Assembly: GCA_944415565.1 (NCBI GenBank)
Contig: CALYBQ010000005.1
Span: forward strand, 106,061-170,060
Source of the DNA: an uncultured Rikenellaceae bacterium
Lineage (GTDB): Bacteria > Bacteroidota > Bacteroidia > Bacteroidales > Rikenellaceae
DNA: 64,000 bases
Direction of reading: 5' to 3'
Positions 18,788 through 29,750 of this stretch are shown here, in pieces. A program made the translations under genes and the position numbers. Every line of letters begins with the position of its first letter. Position 1 is the stretch's first letter. Below the pieces are notes generated by a model. The model did no database searches. It saw only the letters and a list, made by a program, of their open reading frames with translations, and was not told where the DNA came from.

Positions 18788-19993
18788 TTAACTAAGGAAT
18801 GTTATCAATACGCCGGCAGCGACCGCAGAACCGATCACGCCTGAGATATTGCTCGACATGGCATATTGAAGCAAATGGTTGCGAGGATCGTGTTTTACGG
18901 CAATCTCATTAGCGACACGCGACGCCATCGGCACGGCACTCAGCCCGGTCGCACCGATCAGAGGGTTAATCTTCTTCTTAGAGAACAGGTTCACAAGTTT
19001 CACCATGAAGATACCTCCGGCTATCGAAATGGCGAAAGCGAAGAAACCGCCGGTAACGATACCTATGGTCTTCCAGTTCAAGAACGCCTCGACAGTCATG
19101 GTAGCGCCCACACAGAGTCCTAAAAGGACGGTAGCGACGTTCATGATGGTATTCGAAGCGGCATCGAACAGACGAGCGGTACTCGTACCTATCTCTTTGA
19201 CAAGATTACCGAACATAAGCATACCGATAAGCGGCACGGCAGACGGGACAATAATGCCCACAAGCGTTCCGACCGCAATCGGGAAAACTATCTTGGCGAC
19301 ACGCATATTCTTCACCTCGCTTTTCGACGGAAGCAGCTTCTCCTGTTCCTTCATGTTTATCATCAGCTCCTTCTTGGTGCACGTCAATTTCACCACGAGC
19401 GGAATTATCACTGGCACGAGAGCCATATACGAATATGCGGCTATCGCGATAGGTCCGAGAAGATGCGGCGCAAGCTTAATCGTGGTAAAAATGGCTGTCG
19501 GTCCGTCAGCCCCGCCTATTATACCGAGCGAAGCCGCCTCCTGCAATGTGAAACCAGCCGCAACTGCAACCAGCAACACGGTAAAGATACCGACCTGTGC
19601 GGCCGCGCCGAATATGGCGAGCCGAAGGTTACGGATAAGCGGTCCGAAGTCGGTCATGGCCCCCACTCCCATGAAGATAAGCGGTGGTAGAAGCCCCGTC
19701 TTTATCAACGAATAATAAAGGAAGTTCATGATCCCATAATCATGGGCTATCTCCAACAACGTCATATGCATGATACCGTTCTCGTCGGTAGCCTGCACCA
19801 CCCCCATTTCACCTCCCGGAAAATTAGCGAGCAGCACTCCGAACCCTATGGGTACGAGCAGCAAAGGTTCGTACCCCTTCTTGATACCAAGGTAGAGCAG
19901 CACGAACGCCAGTGCGAACATCAGCAATATGGCCGGATTCTCGGCGATATTGCTGAACGCCGTCATTTCGAACAAATTGTCTATTATCCTCAT
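18788..19993 (-). CDS. oadB: Na+-translocating decarboxylase beta subunit (OadB/MmdB family)
   Basis: 401 aa polytopic membrane protein. Its N-terminus and overall pattern match the OadB family. Confidence 0.85.
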   Translation of the reverse strand: MRIIDNLFEMTAFSNIAENPAILLMFALAFVLLYLGIKKGYEPLLLVPIGFGVLLANFPGGEMGVVQATDENGIMHMTLLEIAHDYGIMNFLYYSLIKTGLLPPLIFMGVGAMTDFGPLIRNLRLAIFGAAAQVGIFTVLLVAVAAGFTLQEAASLGIIGGADGPTAIFTTIKLAPHLLGPIAIAAYSYMALVPVIIPLVVKLTCTKKELMINMKEQEKLLPSKSEVKNMRVAKIVFPIAVGTLVGIIVPSAVPLIGMLMFGNLVKEIGTSTARLFDAASNTIMNVATVLLGLCVGATMTVEAFLNWKTIGIVTGGFFAFAISIAGGIFMVKLVNLFSKKKINPLIGATGLSAVPMASRVANEIAVKHDPRNHLLQYAMSSNISGVIGSAVAAGVLITFLS

Positions 19994-19996
19994 GGT

Positions 19997-21871
19997 CTAT
20001 CGTATTTTCATAAGGATATCGTCTTCGTAGACCGTGTCACCGTTACCGGCCACAATCGCCACAACCTCACCGTCGCGATGCGCGAGTATCGCATTATAGG
20101 TCTTCATTGCCTCGATATATCCGAGACGGTCGCCCCTCTTGAATTTGTCGCCCACCTTGATCGGGGTCTCGCTGGAATCCTTGGTAAGAAAGAACTTGCC
20201 TTCAAGCGGCGACGGAAGGTCTTCGGCGTCTCCGGTTGCAGCAACAGGCGCAGCAGCCTGAGCCACCGGTGCGGCAGCAGCTCCGCCCTGCGGCAATGCA
20301 GCCCCTTCCGGAACCACACTAACCCTATATTGTTCGCCGTTCACGTCCACAGTCAGCACCTGCGGAGTCACGATCATACCCGCAGAAGCCGTGCCGGCTC
20401 CAGCCTCTTTCTCGCGACGTTTAGCCACGTCGGCTTCGAAGTCGGCCTTGGCCTTACCAGACCTATACGCTTCGTACTGGGCCGGGTGCATGGCATATTC
20501 GAACAGATCCTCTTCATCTTGTCCGACATCCCATCCCTTTTCCTGCATCAGCGCACGATATTTGTCCAGAGCATCCGGATAAGCCTCCTGCGGATCGCCA
20601 GTATAGAATTCGCGACCCTGTTCCTTGGCGAGGGCCTTGATTTCCGGATCGACCTCGCCCGGCAGACGGCCCGATTTGCCGAGAATCATATCCCATATGT
20701 CGTCGGCGATCATCGACCAGCGCTCCTTGCCCTTTATCATCTGCGTAACGTTCATCAGGGAGAGGTTCTTCACATACTGGCTGAACGGCGTCACGAGTGG
20801 CGGATAGCCCACCTTTGGCCACACATAGGCCACCTCGTTGAAGAGTTTTATAAGCAGGTCGTCCTGCGTTATCTTCGGCTTGCCGTTCTTTTCGAGGTAG
20901 CGATTCACTCCTTCGATGTTGGTTTCGAGATCGGCCATAAGGCTACCCATCATTCCGCCGGGAAGTCCCGGTCCGATCAGGAGCGAATTCATAAGACGGT
21001 TTTTCGGGCTGATGTAGAGGCCGAGAAAATCGTCCATAAACTCCTGCGTCAGCGCGCGCACCTTCATATAAGCGTCCATATTGATCTCCGGGACAGCAAA
21101 TCCAGCCTGCTTCAACATGGCCTGAATTGTCAACAGGTCGTGATGGCCCGTACCCCACGAAAGCGGCTCCATACCGACGTCAACATAATCGCAGCCGGCC
21201 TTGCACACCTCCAGCACAGAAGCGACCGAGAAACCCGGACCCGCATGACTGTGATAAGTGACGGGAATCTCCGGATATTTTTCTTTGATGTTCGCCGTTA
21301 TCTTACCGAGATCGGTGGGCCTTCCGATACCCGCCATATCTTTCAGGCAGATCTCATCGGCTCCGGCTTCGATCAGTTCATAAGCCATCGAAGTGTAATA
21401 CTCCACCGTGTGTATCGGCGAAAAGGTTATGCTCAACGAAGCCTGCGAGATCATCCCCGCATCCTTGGCATATTTGATAGACGGGATTATGTTCCGCGTA
21501 TCGTTCAATCCATCGAACGTGCGGGCGATGTCCGTCCCCTGCGCTTTCTTTACCTTATAGAACAACTTACGCACATCTGCCGGCACGGGGCTCATCCTAA
21601 GTCCGTTAAGCCCGCGGTCGAGCATATGCGTCTGTATCCCTGCATCATGGAACGGTTTGGTCCATCTGCGGACTGCGACGTTAGGATTCTCGCCGAACAA
21701 CAGGTTAACCTGTTCGAATCCACCGCCGTTGGTCTCCACGCGTGCGAAGCATCCCATATTAACGATTTCGGGCGCAACCCTTTCAAGCTGGTCCACCCTC
21801 GGCACGTACTTGCCGGCCGACTGCCACATATCCCTGTATACAAGGCTGAATCTCACTTCTTTCTTACTCAT
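19997..21871 (-). CDS. oadA: oxaloacetate decarboxylase alpha subunit (carboxyltransferase + biotinyl domain)
   Basis: 624 aa. Has an N-terminal carboxyltransferase (HMGL-like) region and a C-terminal biotin attachment motif EAMKT. Confidence 0.85.
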   Translation of the reverse strand: MSKKEVRFSLVYRDMWQSAGKYVPRVDQLERVAPEIVNMGCFARVETNGGGFEQVNLLFGENPNVAVRRWTKPFHDAGIQTHMLDRGLNGLRMSPVPADVRKLFYKVKKAQGTDIARTFDGLNDTRNIIPSIKYAKDAGMISQASLSITFSPIHTVEYYTSMAYELIEAGADEICLKDMAGIGRPTDLGKITANIKEKYPEIPVTYHSHAGPGFSVASVLEVCKAGCDYVDVGMEPLSWGTGHHDLLTIQAMLKQAGFAVPEINMDAYMKVRALTQEFMDDFLGLYISPKNRLMNSLLIGPGLPGGMMGSLMADLETNIEGVNRYLEKNGKPKITQDDLLIKLFNEVAYVWPKVGYPPLVTPFSQYVKNLSLMNVTQMIKGKERWSMIADDIWDMILGKSGRLPGEVDPEIKALAKEQGREFYTGDPQEAYPDALDKYRALMQEKGWDVGQDEEDLFEYAMHPAQYEAYRSGKAKADFEADVAKRREKEAGAGTASAGMIVTPQVLTVDVNGEQYRVSVVPEGAALPQGGAAAAPVAQAAAPVAATGDAEDLPSPLEGKFFLTKDSSETPIKVGDKFKRGDRLGYIEAMKTYNAILAHRDGEVVAIVAGNGDTVYEDDILMKIR

Positions 21872-21886
21872 AGTTCAAGGTTAGTT

Positions 21887-22141
21887 TTATTTGTTCTTTT
21901 CGATCTTAACGATTTTTGCCTTCCCGCCCGACACTATGTTCACTGCGCTCGTAATGGCGGCTATGACACCGGCCGGAATAGTGTCCGACATTTTATCCGC
22001 CACTACCGCCGCTTGCTCCGGGAACCAGCGGTTTATCAGCAATATTATGCAACGGCACACGAATATCACCAACAGCAGCACGACGAAGACCGTACCCATG
22101 CCTACACTCAGCAACAAAAGGGCTTCATTAATTTGATTCAT
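21887..22141 (-). CDS. oadG: decarboxylase gamma subunit (OadG-like)
   Basis: 84 aa single-TM protein (LLLLSVGMGTVFVVLLLVIFV), first gene of the oad operon. Confidence 0.7.
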   Translation of the reverse strand: MNQINEALLLLSVGMGTVFVVLLLVIFVCRCIILLINRWFPEQAAVVADKMSDTIPAGVIAAITSAVNIVSGGKAKIVKIEKNK

Positions 22142-22420
22142 ATTTTTAGATTTAGATTATTACAAAAAACAAAACGTTACAAGATAGCGAAATTTTACGC
22201 TAAATGAAACAGCAAAATCCGCTCACGAAAAAAGAATAAACAAAATAAACATCCCGGGTTAAGAATTTAATATACCGCACCCTCACTAAAACACCGAACC
22301 GCCGGGCACTTTACGGACAACAACAAGTTCCCTTTCACTTTTCAAAAAAACGACAAGCAGTCCAAAATATCCGAAAATATGAAAAGTAACATAGATTTAA
22401 TATCTATTGCATACCGAATG

Positions 22421-22452
22421 TTTGGGGCGATACGTCCTTATTATTACCTTTG
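22421..22452 (+). promoter_or_regulatory. predicted Bacteroidetes sigma-A promoter for pflB (-33 TTTG ... -7 TACCTTTG)
   Basis: TTTG at 22421-22424 and TAnnTTTG (TACCTTTG) at 22445-22452, with 20-nt spacing. It sits about 170 nt upstream of the pflB ATG. Confidence 0.45.
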
Positions 22453-22622
22453 CGGCGTCCGCCGGAAACGGCTTTACGCACAGGGCTGCGGACTTTTCGA
22501 AAGAGCCTGTCGGCAATGCGAAACAACGCATTAGACAGCAGCGAAATAGACCATACACAGACAGACGGACATAAAGCAACTAAGAAAAAATAATACCAAT
22601 AATAACTTTTTTAAGAAAGCCG

Positions 22623-24842
22623 ATGAAAATGTTTAAAGACGGTGTTTGGAGCAAAGAGATCAACGTTACCGATTTCGTAAAGAACAATATCACTCCTTAC
22701 GAAGGAGACGCCTCGTTCCTTGCAGGAGCCACGGACAGGACCAAACGTATCTGGGACCTGTGCATGAAAGCGATAGCAGAGGAACGCGCCAACAACGGAG
22801 TACGCTCGCTCGACAACAAGACTGTATCTACCATCACCTCGCACAAAGCAGGTTACATAGATAAGGATAACGAACTGATCGTCGGCCTTCAGACGGACGA
22901 ATTGCTCAGGCGTTCGATCAAACCGTTCGGCGGTATCAACGTGGTTGCGAAAGCGTGCCGCGAAAACGGCGTGGAGGTAGACGAAAAGGTAAAGGACATC
23001 TTCACCCACTACCGCAAGACACACAACGACGGCGTATTCGATGTGTACACCGAAGAGATCCGCTCGTTCCGCTCGTTGGGATTCCTCACGGGGCTTCCCG
23101 ACAATTACGCTCGCGGACGTATCATCGGCGACTACCGCCGTCTGGCACTCTACGGGACAGACCGTCTGATCGAAGCTAAAAAACAGGACCTCAAAAACCT
23201 TACCGGCCCGATGACGGACGCACGCATCCGCCTTCGCGAAGAGGTCGCGGAACAGATCAAGGCGCTCAAAGACATCAAGACAATGGGCGAGTACTACGGC
23301 CTAGACCTTTCGCGTCCGGCCACTACCGCACAGGAAGCCGTCCAGTGGGTTTACATGGCATACCTCGCAGCAGTGAAAGAACAGGACGGAGCCGCAATGT
23401 CGCTCGGTAACGTATCGTCTTTCCTCGACATATACATACAGTACGAGTTGGATAACGGCACCATCGACGAGACCTTCGCTCAGGAGCTCATCGACCAGTT
23501 CGTCATCAAACTGCGTATGGTGCGCCACCTGCGCATGCAGTCGTATAACGACATCTTCGCCGGCGACCCGACATGGGTTACCGAAGCCCTCGGCGGACGA
23601 TTCAACGACGGACGCACAAAGGTGACCAAGACCACTTTCCGTTTTCTCCAGACTCTCTATAACCTCGGGCCCTCGCCGGAACCGAACCTTACGGTACTTT
23701 GGAGCGACGAACTCCCGCAAGGATTCAAGGGCTTCTGCGCGAAAGTTTCAATCGACACGAGCTCTATACAGTACGAGAACGACGAACTCATGCGTGAGGT
23801 ACGCCAGTCGGACGACTACGGTATCGCATGCTGCGTATCGTATCAGGACATAGGCCGCCAGATACAGTTCTTCGGCGCGCGCGCGAACCTCGCCAAAGCG
23901 TTGTTGCTCGCCATCAACGGCGGCCGTTGCGAAAACACCGGAACGCTGATGGTCAAAGGCATACCGGAACTCAAAGGCGAGACGCTGAAATACGAAGAGG
24001 TAATGGCCAACTACAAGAAGGTACTCACCGAGATAGCACGCGTGTACAATGAAGCGATGAACATCATCCACTACATGCACGACAAGTACTACTACGAAAA
24101 AGCGCAGATGGCATTCGTCGATACCGACCCGCGCATCAACCTCGCTTATGGCGTGGCAGGACTTTCGGTAGCTATTGATTCGCTTTCGGCCATCAGATAT
24201 GCACACGTTAAGGCAGTTCGCAACGAGATGGGGCTGACCGAGAAATTCGAAATAGACGGAGACTTCCCATGCTTCGGCAACGACGACGACCACGTAGATA
24301 AACTCGCCGTGGACCTCATATACTTCTTCAACGAAGAGCTGAAGAAACTCCCCGTATACAAGAACGCACGTCCTACCCTGTCCGTCCTTACCATCACATC
24401 CAACGTGATGTACGGCCAGAAGACCGGTGCGACACCCGACGGACGCGCCAAAGGCATTGCTTTCGCACCGGGCGCCAACCCGATGCACGGACGCGACAAG
24501 AGCGGAGCCATCGCATCGCTCTCTTCGGTTGCCAAGATCCGTTACCGCGACTCGCAGGACGGTATCAGCAACACGTTCTCCATCGTACCCAAAACACTCG
24601 GAGCTACCAAGGAAGACCGCGTAGACAACCTCGTGACAATGATAGACGGTTACTTTACAAAAGGTGCACACCACCTGAACGTGAACGTACTCAACCGCGA
24701 GATGCTGGAAGACGCCATGATACACCCGGAGAAATATCCGCAGTTGACCATCAGGGTATCGGGATATGCCGTCAACTTCGTGAACCTCAGCCGCGCACAC
24801 CAGTTGGAAGTGCTGTCGAGGAGCTTCCACGAAGCCATCTAA
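22623..24842 (+). CDS. pflB: formate C-acetyltransferase (pyruvate formate-lyase)
   Basis: 739 aa. C-terminal glycyl-radical motif RVSGYAV. Catalytic CC pair inferred. Confidence 0.9.
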   Translation: MKMFKDGVWSKEINVTDFVKNNITPYEGDASFLAGATDRTKRIWDLCMKAIAEERANNGVRSLDNKTVSTITSHKAGYIDKDNELIVGLQTDELLRRSIKPFGGINVVAKACRENGVEVDEKVKDIFTHYRKTHNDGVFDVYTEEIRSFRSLGFLTGLPDNYARGRIIGDYRRLALYGTDRLIEAKKQDLKNLTGPMTDARIRLREEVAEQIKALKDIKTMGEYYGLDLSRPATTAQEAVQWVYMAYLAAVKEQDGAAMSLGNVSSFLDIYIQYELDNGTIDETFAQELIDQFVIKLRMVRHLRMQSYNDIFAGDPTWVTEALGGRFNDGRTKVTKTTFRFLQTLYNLGPSPEPNLTVLWSDELPQGFKGFCAKVSIDTSSIQYENDELMREVRQSDDYGIACCVSYQDIGRQIQFFGARANLAKALLLAINGGRCENTGTLMVKGIPELKGETLKYEEVMANYKKVLTEIARVYNEAMNIIHYMHDKYYYEKAQMAFVDTDPRINLAYGVAGLSVAIDSLSAIRYAHVKAVRNEMGLTEKFEIDGDFPCFGNDDDHVDKLAVDLIYFFNEELKKLPVYKNARPTLSVLTITSNVMYGQKTGATPDGRAKGIAFAPGANPMHGRDKSGAIASLSSVAKIRYRDSQDGISNTFSIVPKTLGATKEDRVDNLVTMIDGYFTKGAHHLNVNVLNREMLEDAMIHPEKYPQLTIRVSGYAVNFVNLSRAHQLEVLSRSFHEAI

Positions 24843-24854
24843 GCAGGACCATAA

Positions 24855-25580
24855 ATGATAAGAGTACACTCATATGAAAGTTTGGGAACATACGACGGGC
24901 CGGGAATCAGGCTCGTCGTTTTCCTGCAAGGGTGTAACTTCCGATGCCTGTATTGTGCCAACCCCGACACGATAACGTGCGAGGGGGGAACACTTACGGC
25001 CCCGGAAGAGATAGTCCGCAAGGCCGTCAGCGAAAGGGCGTTTTTCGGCAAGAAGGGCGGCGTCACATTCAGCGGAGGCGAACCGACGCTGCAAGCCAAA
25101 GAACTGCTGCCGCTATTCAGGATGCTCCGAGACCAAAAGATCAACATCTGCGTAGACACGAACGGCAGTATCCTCAACGACGACACGAAGGAGTTGTTTT
25201 CGTTGGCAAACCTCGTATTGCTCGACATCAAGGAGTTCAATCCCGAACGGCATCAGCAACTGACAGGAACGACAAACAGCAGAACACTCGAAACGGCACA
25301 GTGGCTCGAAGAGCACAATATACCGATATGGCTGCGCTATGTCCTTGTACCCGGATATTCCGATTTCGAGTCCGACATCACCGCCCTCTGCGAGCACTTC
25401 AAGGACTACAAAATGATCGGACGCATCGAGATACTGCCGTACCACACATTGGGTGTGCATAAATACGAATCGCTCGGCAAAGAGTACATGCTCGGCGATG
25501 TCAAGCATAACACCCCGGAACAACTGGATAGAGCGAGAGAGTTGTTTTCACGCTACTTTCCGGTGGTCTACGTCAACTAA
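24855..25580 (+). CDS. pflA: pyruvate formate-lyase activating enzyme (radical SAM)
   Basis: CNFRCLYCANPDT is a CxxxCxxC radical SAM motif. 241 aa, immediately downstream of pflB. Confidence 0.9.
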   Translation: MIRVHSYESLGTYDGPGIRLVVFLQGCNFRCLYCANPDTITCEGGTLTAPEEIVRKAVSERAFFGKKGGVTFSGGEPTLQAKELLPLFRMLRDQKINICVDTNGSILNDDTKELFSLANLVLLDIKEFNPERHQQLTGTTNSRTLETAQWLEEHNIPIWLRYVLVPGYSDFESDITALCEHFKDYKMIGRIEILPYHTLGVHKYESLGKEYMLGDVKHNTPEQLDRARELFSRYFPVVYVN

Positions 25581-25607
25581 CAGCATAAGTTTCACACATA
25601 TATTTCA

Positions 25608-26408
25608 ATGAGCAACTACAACTGCCCCAAAGATATTACGAACGAATTTTGCGCCTCAGGCATATACAAAGCGTCATTACCGACATTGAAATTCATACTG
25701 ATAGCCGTACTGGGAGGAGCTTTCATAGCGTTAGGAGGACTATTGTCGGTCATGGTCGCAGGAGGGATGCCGGGCATCGGGGCCGAGAATCCCGGAATCG
25801 TCAAGTTCGTGGCCGGAGCGCTGTTCCCCGTCGGGCTCATAATGGTCTCAGTTACCGGGGCCGACCTGTTCACGAGCGACTGTACGGCCTTCACGCTTCC
25901 GCTGTTGGGCAAGAAGTTGCAGCCCGTGTCGTTCCTCAAGATGCTGCTGTTGTCGTATGTATTTAATTTTGTAGGAACGCAGATAGTGGCCTACTTCCTC
26001 TCCGCCGACCTCGGATTCTTCGCCAAAGAGCCATGGCAAGGATACCTCCACCACTATACGGAGGCGAAGGTATATCAGGATTGGGGCAGCGTATTCATCA
26101 AGGGAATAGGGGCCAACTGGTTGGTATGCCTCGGAATGTTCATGGGCTATGCGGCCAAAGATATAATGGGAAAGTGCATCGGAATATGGATTCCCGTCAT
26201 GACATTCGTCACCTTGGGCTACGAACACTCTATTGCAAATATGTTCTTCGTCCCCGCCGCAATATACTCCGGTGCGGCGATAAGTTGGGGCGACTTCGTA
26301 TTCAACAACCTGATACCGGCCACGCTCGGCAACCTCATCGGAGGCGGCGTCTTCGTCGGCTGTGCATACTGGTACCTACACTCATACAAGGCCCAGCAAA
26401 CACTTTAG
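25608..26408 (+). CDS. focA: formate/nitrite transporter family channel
   Basis: 266 aa, six-TM FNT-like pattern, in the pfl operon context. Confidence 0.8.
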   Translation: MSNYNCPKDITNEFCASGIYKASLPTLKFILIAVLGGAFIALGGLLSVMVAGGMPGIGAENPGIVKFVAGALFPVGLIMVSVTGADLFTSDCTAFTLPLLGKKLQPVSFLKMLLLSYVFNFVGTQIVAYFLSADLGFFAKEPWQGYLHHYTEAKVYQDWGSVFIKGIGANWLVCLGMFMGYAAKDIMGKCIGIWIPVMTFVTLGYEHSIANMFFVPAAIYSGAAISWGDFVFNNLIPATLGNLIGGGVFVGCAYWYLHSYKAQQTL

Positions 26409-26453
26409 CCCGTCAGTTCGGCCGGACATATTAGCCCCCAAACGGTATACGAT

Positions 26454-27812
26454 TTAGGGCCTTTCATCATCTGGACTTCCCGAACCGGATCCCCAATGCG
26501 AATTGGCTTCGCGTATCTCGCGGTCCACGACCTCTTTCGCTTTACGGGCATAAATTATAAGGCGTAACGAGTAATCGTAGGTTATATAGTTCCACACCCA
26601 ATTTATCAAGACCAATATCTTATTGCGTATGCCCAATATAGAACGCAGGTGTACAAGCAACCACATCGCCCATGCGAACCAACCGTGCATCTTAACTGCG
26701 CCGATGTCGGCAACGGCCTTGTTTCGGCCTACGGTGGCCATGGAACCGAGATCCTTATAGCGGAAAGGACGCATCTTCTCTCCGGCCTCTAAACTCACGA
26801 GGTTCTTAGCCAACAACTCGCCTTGCTGTATGGCGACCTGCGCCAACTGCGGATGCCCGTTCGGAAATGCCTCGTCGGTAGTTTGTATGCACTGGTCGCC
26901 TATCGCGAACACGTTTGACATGCCCCGCACACGATTGAATTCATCGACCACAATCCTATTGCCCCTTCCGAGCGCGTCCCCGCCGATGTTACCGACCTGC
27001 ACTGCCGTCACACCGCTAACCCAGATGAACGAACGCGTAGGAATCACTTCTCCGTCAGCAAGAACCACCTGATGGTTCTTATAATCCGATACCCTCCTGT
27101 TCAGCAACACCTCCACCCCCATATTTTCGAGGAAGCGCCGGGCATTCTCCGAAGCCTTTTCCGACATACCTGCCAAAAGTCGGCTGCCAGCTTCGACCAG
27201 ACATATATGAAGGTCATTCTTATCCATCTCCGGATAATCTTTGGGAACGACGAATTTTTTCATCTCCGACAATGCACCGGCAATCTCCACACCTGTCGCA
27301 CCGCCGCCTACGATCACGATATTAAGCAACTCACGCTTCTCCTCCTCGGTAGCGCACGTCACCGCACGTTCGTAGTTAGCCAGCAATGCATTCCGCAAAC
27401 CCATCGCCTCCGAAACGTTCTTCATTGGTATGGCATACTCACGTATGTGTTCGTTGCCGAAAAAATTAGATGTCGTCCCCGCAGCGAATACTATATAATC
27501 ATAGTAGGCTTTCCCGATAGAGGTCTGTATCATATTCTGATCGGGAGTTATTGAGCGCACCTCGGCAAGCCGGAAGAAAAAGTCACGACGTTTCTGAAAT
27601 ATCTTCCTGAACGGGAACGAGATCGACGTCGGCTCCATACCCGCCGAGGCCACCTGATAAATCAACGGCAGGAACTGATGGTAGTTGTTTCTATCCACCA
27701 GAACCACCTGAAATCCTGCGCCTTTCAATTTATTCGCCAGTTTCAGGCCGCCGAAGCCGCCGCCGACAATTATAACCCGTTTCTTCTTAGATGTCGGGAT
27801 ATTGAAACTCAT
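26454..27812 (-). CDS. ndh: type II NADH dehydrogenase (NDH-2), FAD/NAD(P)-binding oxidoreductase
   Basis: KKRVIIVGGGFGGLKLA Rossmann motif, with a second dinucleotide motif NIVIVGGGATGVE. 452 aa. Confidence 0.8.
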   Translation of the reverse strand: MSFNIPTSKKKRVIIVGGGFGGLKLANKLKGAGFQVVLVDRNNYHQFLPLIYQVASAGMEPTSISFPFRKIFQKRRDFFFRLAEVRSITPDQNMIQTSIGKAYYDYIVFAAGTTSNFFGNEHIREYAIPMKNVSEAMGLRNALLANYERAVTCATEEEKRELLNIVIVGGGATGVEIAGALSEMKKFVVPKDYPEMDKNDLHICLVEAGSRLLAGMSEKASENARRFLENMGVEVLLNRRVSDYKNHQVVLADGEVIPTRSFIWVSGVTAVQVGNIGGDALGRGNRIVVDEFNRVRGMSNVFAIGDQCIQTTDEAFPNGHPQLAQVAIQQGELLAKNLVSLEAGEKMRPFRYKDLGSMATVGRNKAVADIGAVKMHGWFAWAMWLLVHLRSILGIRNKILVLINWVWNYITYDYSLRLIIYARKAKEVVDREIREANSHWGSGSGSPDDERP

Positions 27813-27896
27813 GGTTCCAAAGCTTATTCGTCACGCCGCCGAGTCACTTAATATTATAGAGTGTTTCCGGCGGCGGCAATAAACCGGTATGACACT

Positions 27897-29168
27897 TTAC
27901 TGCTCCGAATCACGGGTAACGAGCACCTTGTCTATACGGGCGCCATCCATATCCACGATCTCGAACATGAAATCATTCCACTTTATTCGGTCCCCGGTCT
28001 TCGGTATGTTACCATACAATTCAAGAATCAGGCCACTCAACGTGTTGTATTCATATTTCGAATAAAGGTCAGACAATTTAAAGTAATCGAGGAAATTATA
28101 GAACGAACACTGTCCGTCGACAAGGTATCCTCCATCCTGCCGCGCTATTATATCAGGCTCGTCGTCCAATTCCGGAATATCCCCCACGAGGGCCTCCATT
28201 ATATCCTTGAGCGTAACCATGCCCTTTATCGTCCCGAATTCGTCGCTGACGAGCGCGCATTGGCCGTGATTCTCCTTCATCCTCTCAAGCGCCGCATAAA
28301 CCTGCATGTTCTCGTAGAAATACTCGGCCGGACGAAGCAGCGTCTTTATGTCGAAATCGGCCGAATCTATGGCCATAAACATATCTTTCAGGTATACAAT
28401 TCCGAGCGTATTGTCGAGATCCCCATCGCAAACGGGATATTTATCGAACGGATTGTTGTGTATGGCCTCCTTCACTTCGGCCTTGGTCATCGCGACATCT
28501 ATCCACACTATGTAGTTCCGATAGGTCATGATCGACTCCAAATCGCGATCCCCGAGCGTGAAAACCCTCTCCATTATATCCTGCTCAACCTCCTGCACCT
28601 CTCCGTCCTCGGCCCCCTCTCTGATAAGCGACTTGATCTCCTCCTCGGTGACTTTCGTTCCACGATCTTTGATACCCAGCAGCTTGAACATCCCGGACGT
28701 ACTCTTCGCCAGCACCCACACGAACGGCATAGCTATCATCGAGAGCCACTGCATAGGGCGGGCGATTATCTTCGACACCCGCTCGGCCGAGGTCATACCG
28801 ATACGCTTCGGAACCAGCTCTCCGAATATGATGGTCAAATAGGTAACAATGATGACTATGGCGGTCTGTGCCACCGGATAGGCATACTTGGCAGCCATTC
28901 CCCATTTCACCAACACCGGAGAGAGCTTGGCCGCAAGTACGTCGCCGGAATATATACCCGTAAGTATACCGATAAGCGTTATCCCCACCTGCACGGTTGA
29001 AAGGAAACGATCAGGGTTACCGGCCAGTTTCAGCGCCGATTTGGCGGCCTGACTTCCGTTGCACGCATCGACGTTAAGGCTGGTCTTACGCGCAGAGATC
29101 ACAGCTATCTCGGACATAGCAAATACGCCGTTAAGCAATATAAGTCCGATTATGATCGCAATTTCCAT
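27897..29168 (-). CDS. HlyC/CorC-family transporter (DUF21 + CBS pair + CorC_HlyC)
   Basis: 423 aa. The N-terminal four-TM DUF21 region begins MEIAIIIGLILLNGVFAMSEIAV. CBS domains and a transporter-associated C-domain follow. Confidence 0.8.
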   Translation of the reverse strand: MEIAIIIGLILLNGVFAMSEIAVISARKTSLNVDACNGSQAAKSALKLAGNPDRFLSTVQVGITLIGILTGIYSGDVLAAKLSPVLVKWGMAAKYAYPVAQTAIVIIVTYLTIIFGELVPKRIGMTSAERVSKIIARPMQWLSMIAMPFVWVLAKSTSGMFKLLGIKDRGTKVTEEEIKSLIREGAEDGEVQEVEQDIMERVFTLGDRDLESIMTYRNYIVWIDVAMTKAEVKEAIHNNPFDKYPVCDGDLDNTLGIVYLKDMFMAIDSADFDIKTLLRPAEYFYENMQVYAALERMKENHGQCALVSDEFGTIKGMVTLKDIMEALVGDIPELDDEPDIIARQDGGYLVDGQCSFYNFLDYFKLSDLYSKYEYNTLSGLILELYGNIPKTGDRIKWNDFMFEIVDMDGARIDKVLVTRDSEQ

Positions 29169-29378
29169 CTGATATTTTTATGTATTTATTGCAAATATAA
29201 TCAAATCACATTATCATAAGGTTAAGACATGCAATCAGCCGCCCGAAAGTCAAAAAAATATATATCGCTGCCGACAGATTTCCCGTCAGCAGCGATATAT
29301 CGACATCAAAAACAGAATGAAAAACAAACCGGATCCGAATATCCGGTATTTCAAAACACTGCCGTACCGACGACGGCG

Positions 29379-29747
29379 TTAGGTCAATAGCGCCTGCATC
29401 TTCTGCTTGCGCTCGCAAAACCGCCGGGACTGCTTCGTAATATCGTACCCGAGCATGGCTCCGAGCATAAAATCCTCCTCGGGCGAAAGCTCGTTCAGGC
29501 GTTTGTGCACGAAATTAGATACAGCGTCCAGACATGCCTGCTCCCCGAAAAACAAGTTTACGTTCCGGTTCCCGAGCTCCTGCGTAATATATGCTATCCC
29601 CTGATTGCCGAGCCTCTCCTTGACCATCTCGGCACAGGTCGGGCAAAGCGTACACAGGACCAGACTGCGGATGCCTTTTTTGAACTCATAGATGAGGTGC
29701 ATAACCATTTTCATCTCACCGAAGCGGGCATAATCCTGCGGGGCCAT
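29379..29747 (-). CDS. hypothetical protein co-transcribed with flavodoxin (possibly DUF2023-like)
   Basis: 122 aa with a CxxCPxC-like Cys cluster (CTLCPTC). Starts 3 nt after the fldA stop. Confidence 0.4.
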   Translation of the reverse strand: MAPQDYARFGEMKMVMHLIYEFKKGIRSLVLCTLCPTCAEMVKERLGNQGIAYITQELGNRNVNLFFGEQACLDAVSNFVHKRLNELSPEEDFMLGAMLGYDITKQSRRFCERKQKMQALLT

Positions 29748-29750
29748 AGT

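Noticed and set aside
19742-22207. 821-aa plus-strand ORF spanning the oadA region
   Set aside because: Antisense shadow ORF of the oadA/oadG genes. The product is Arg/His-rich with no domain-like pattern, typical of a high-GC antisense frame.
23748-24869. 373-aa minus-strand ORF inside pflB
   Set aside because: Antisense to a confidently identified pflB with its glycyl-radical motif. Low-complexity V/H/R-rich translation.
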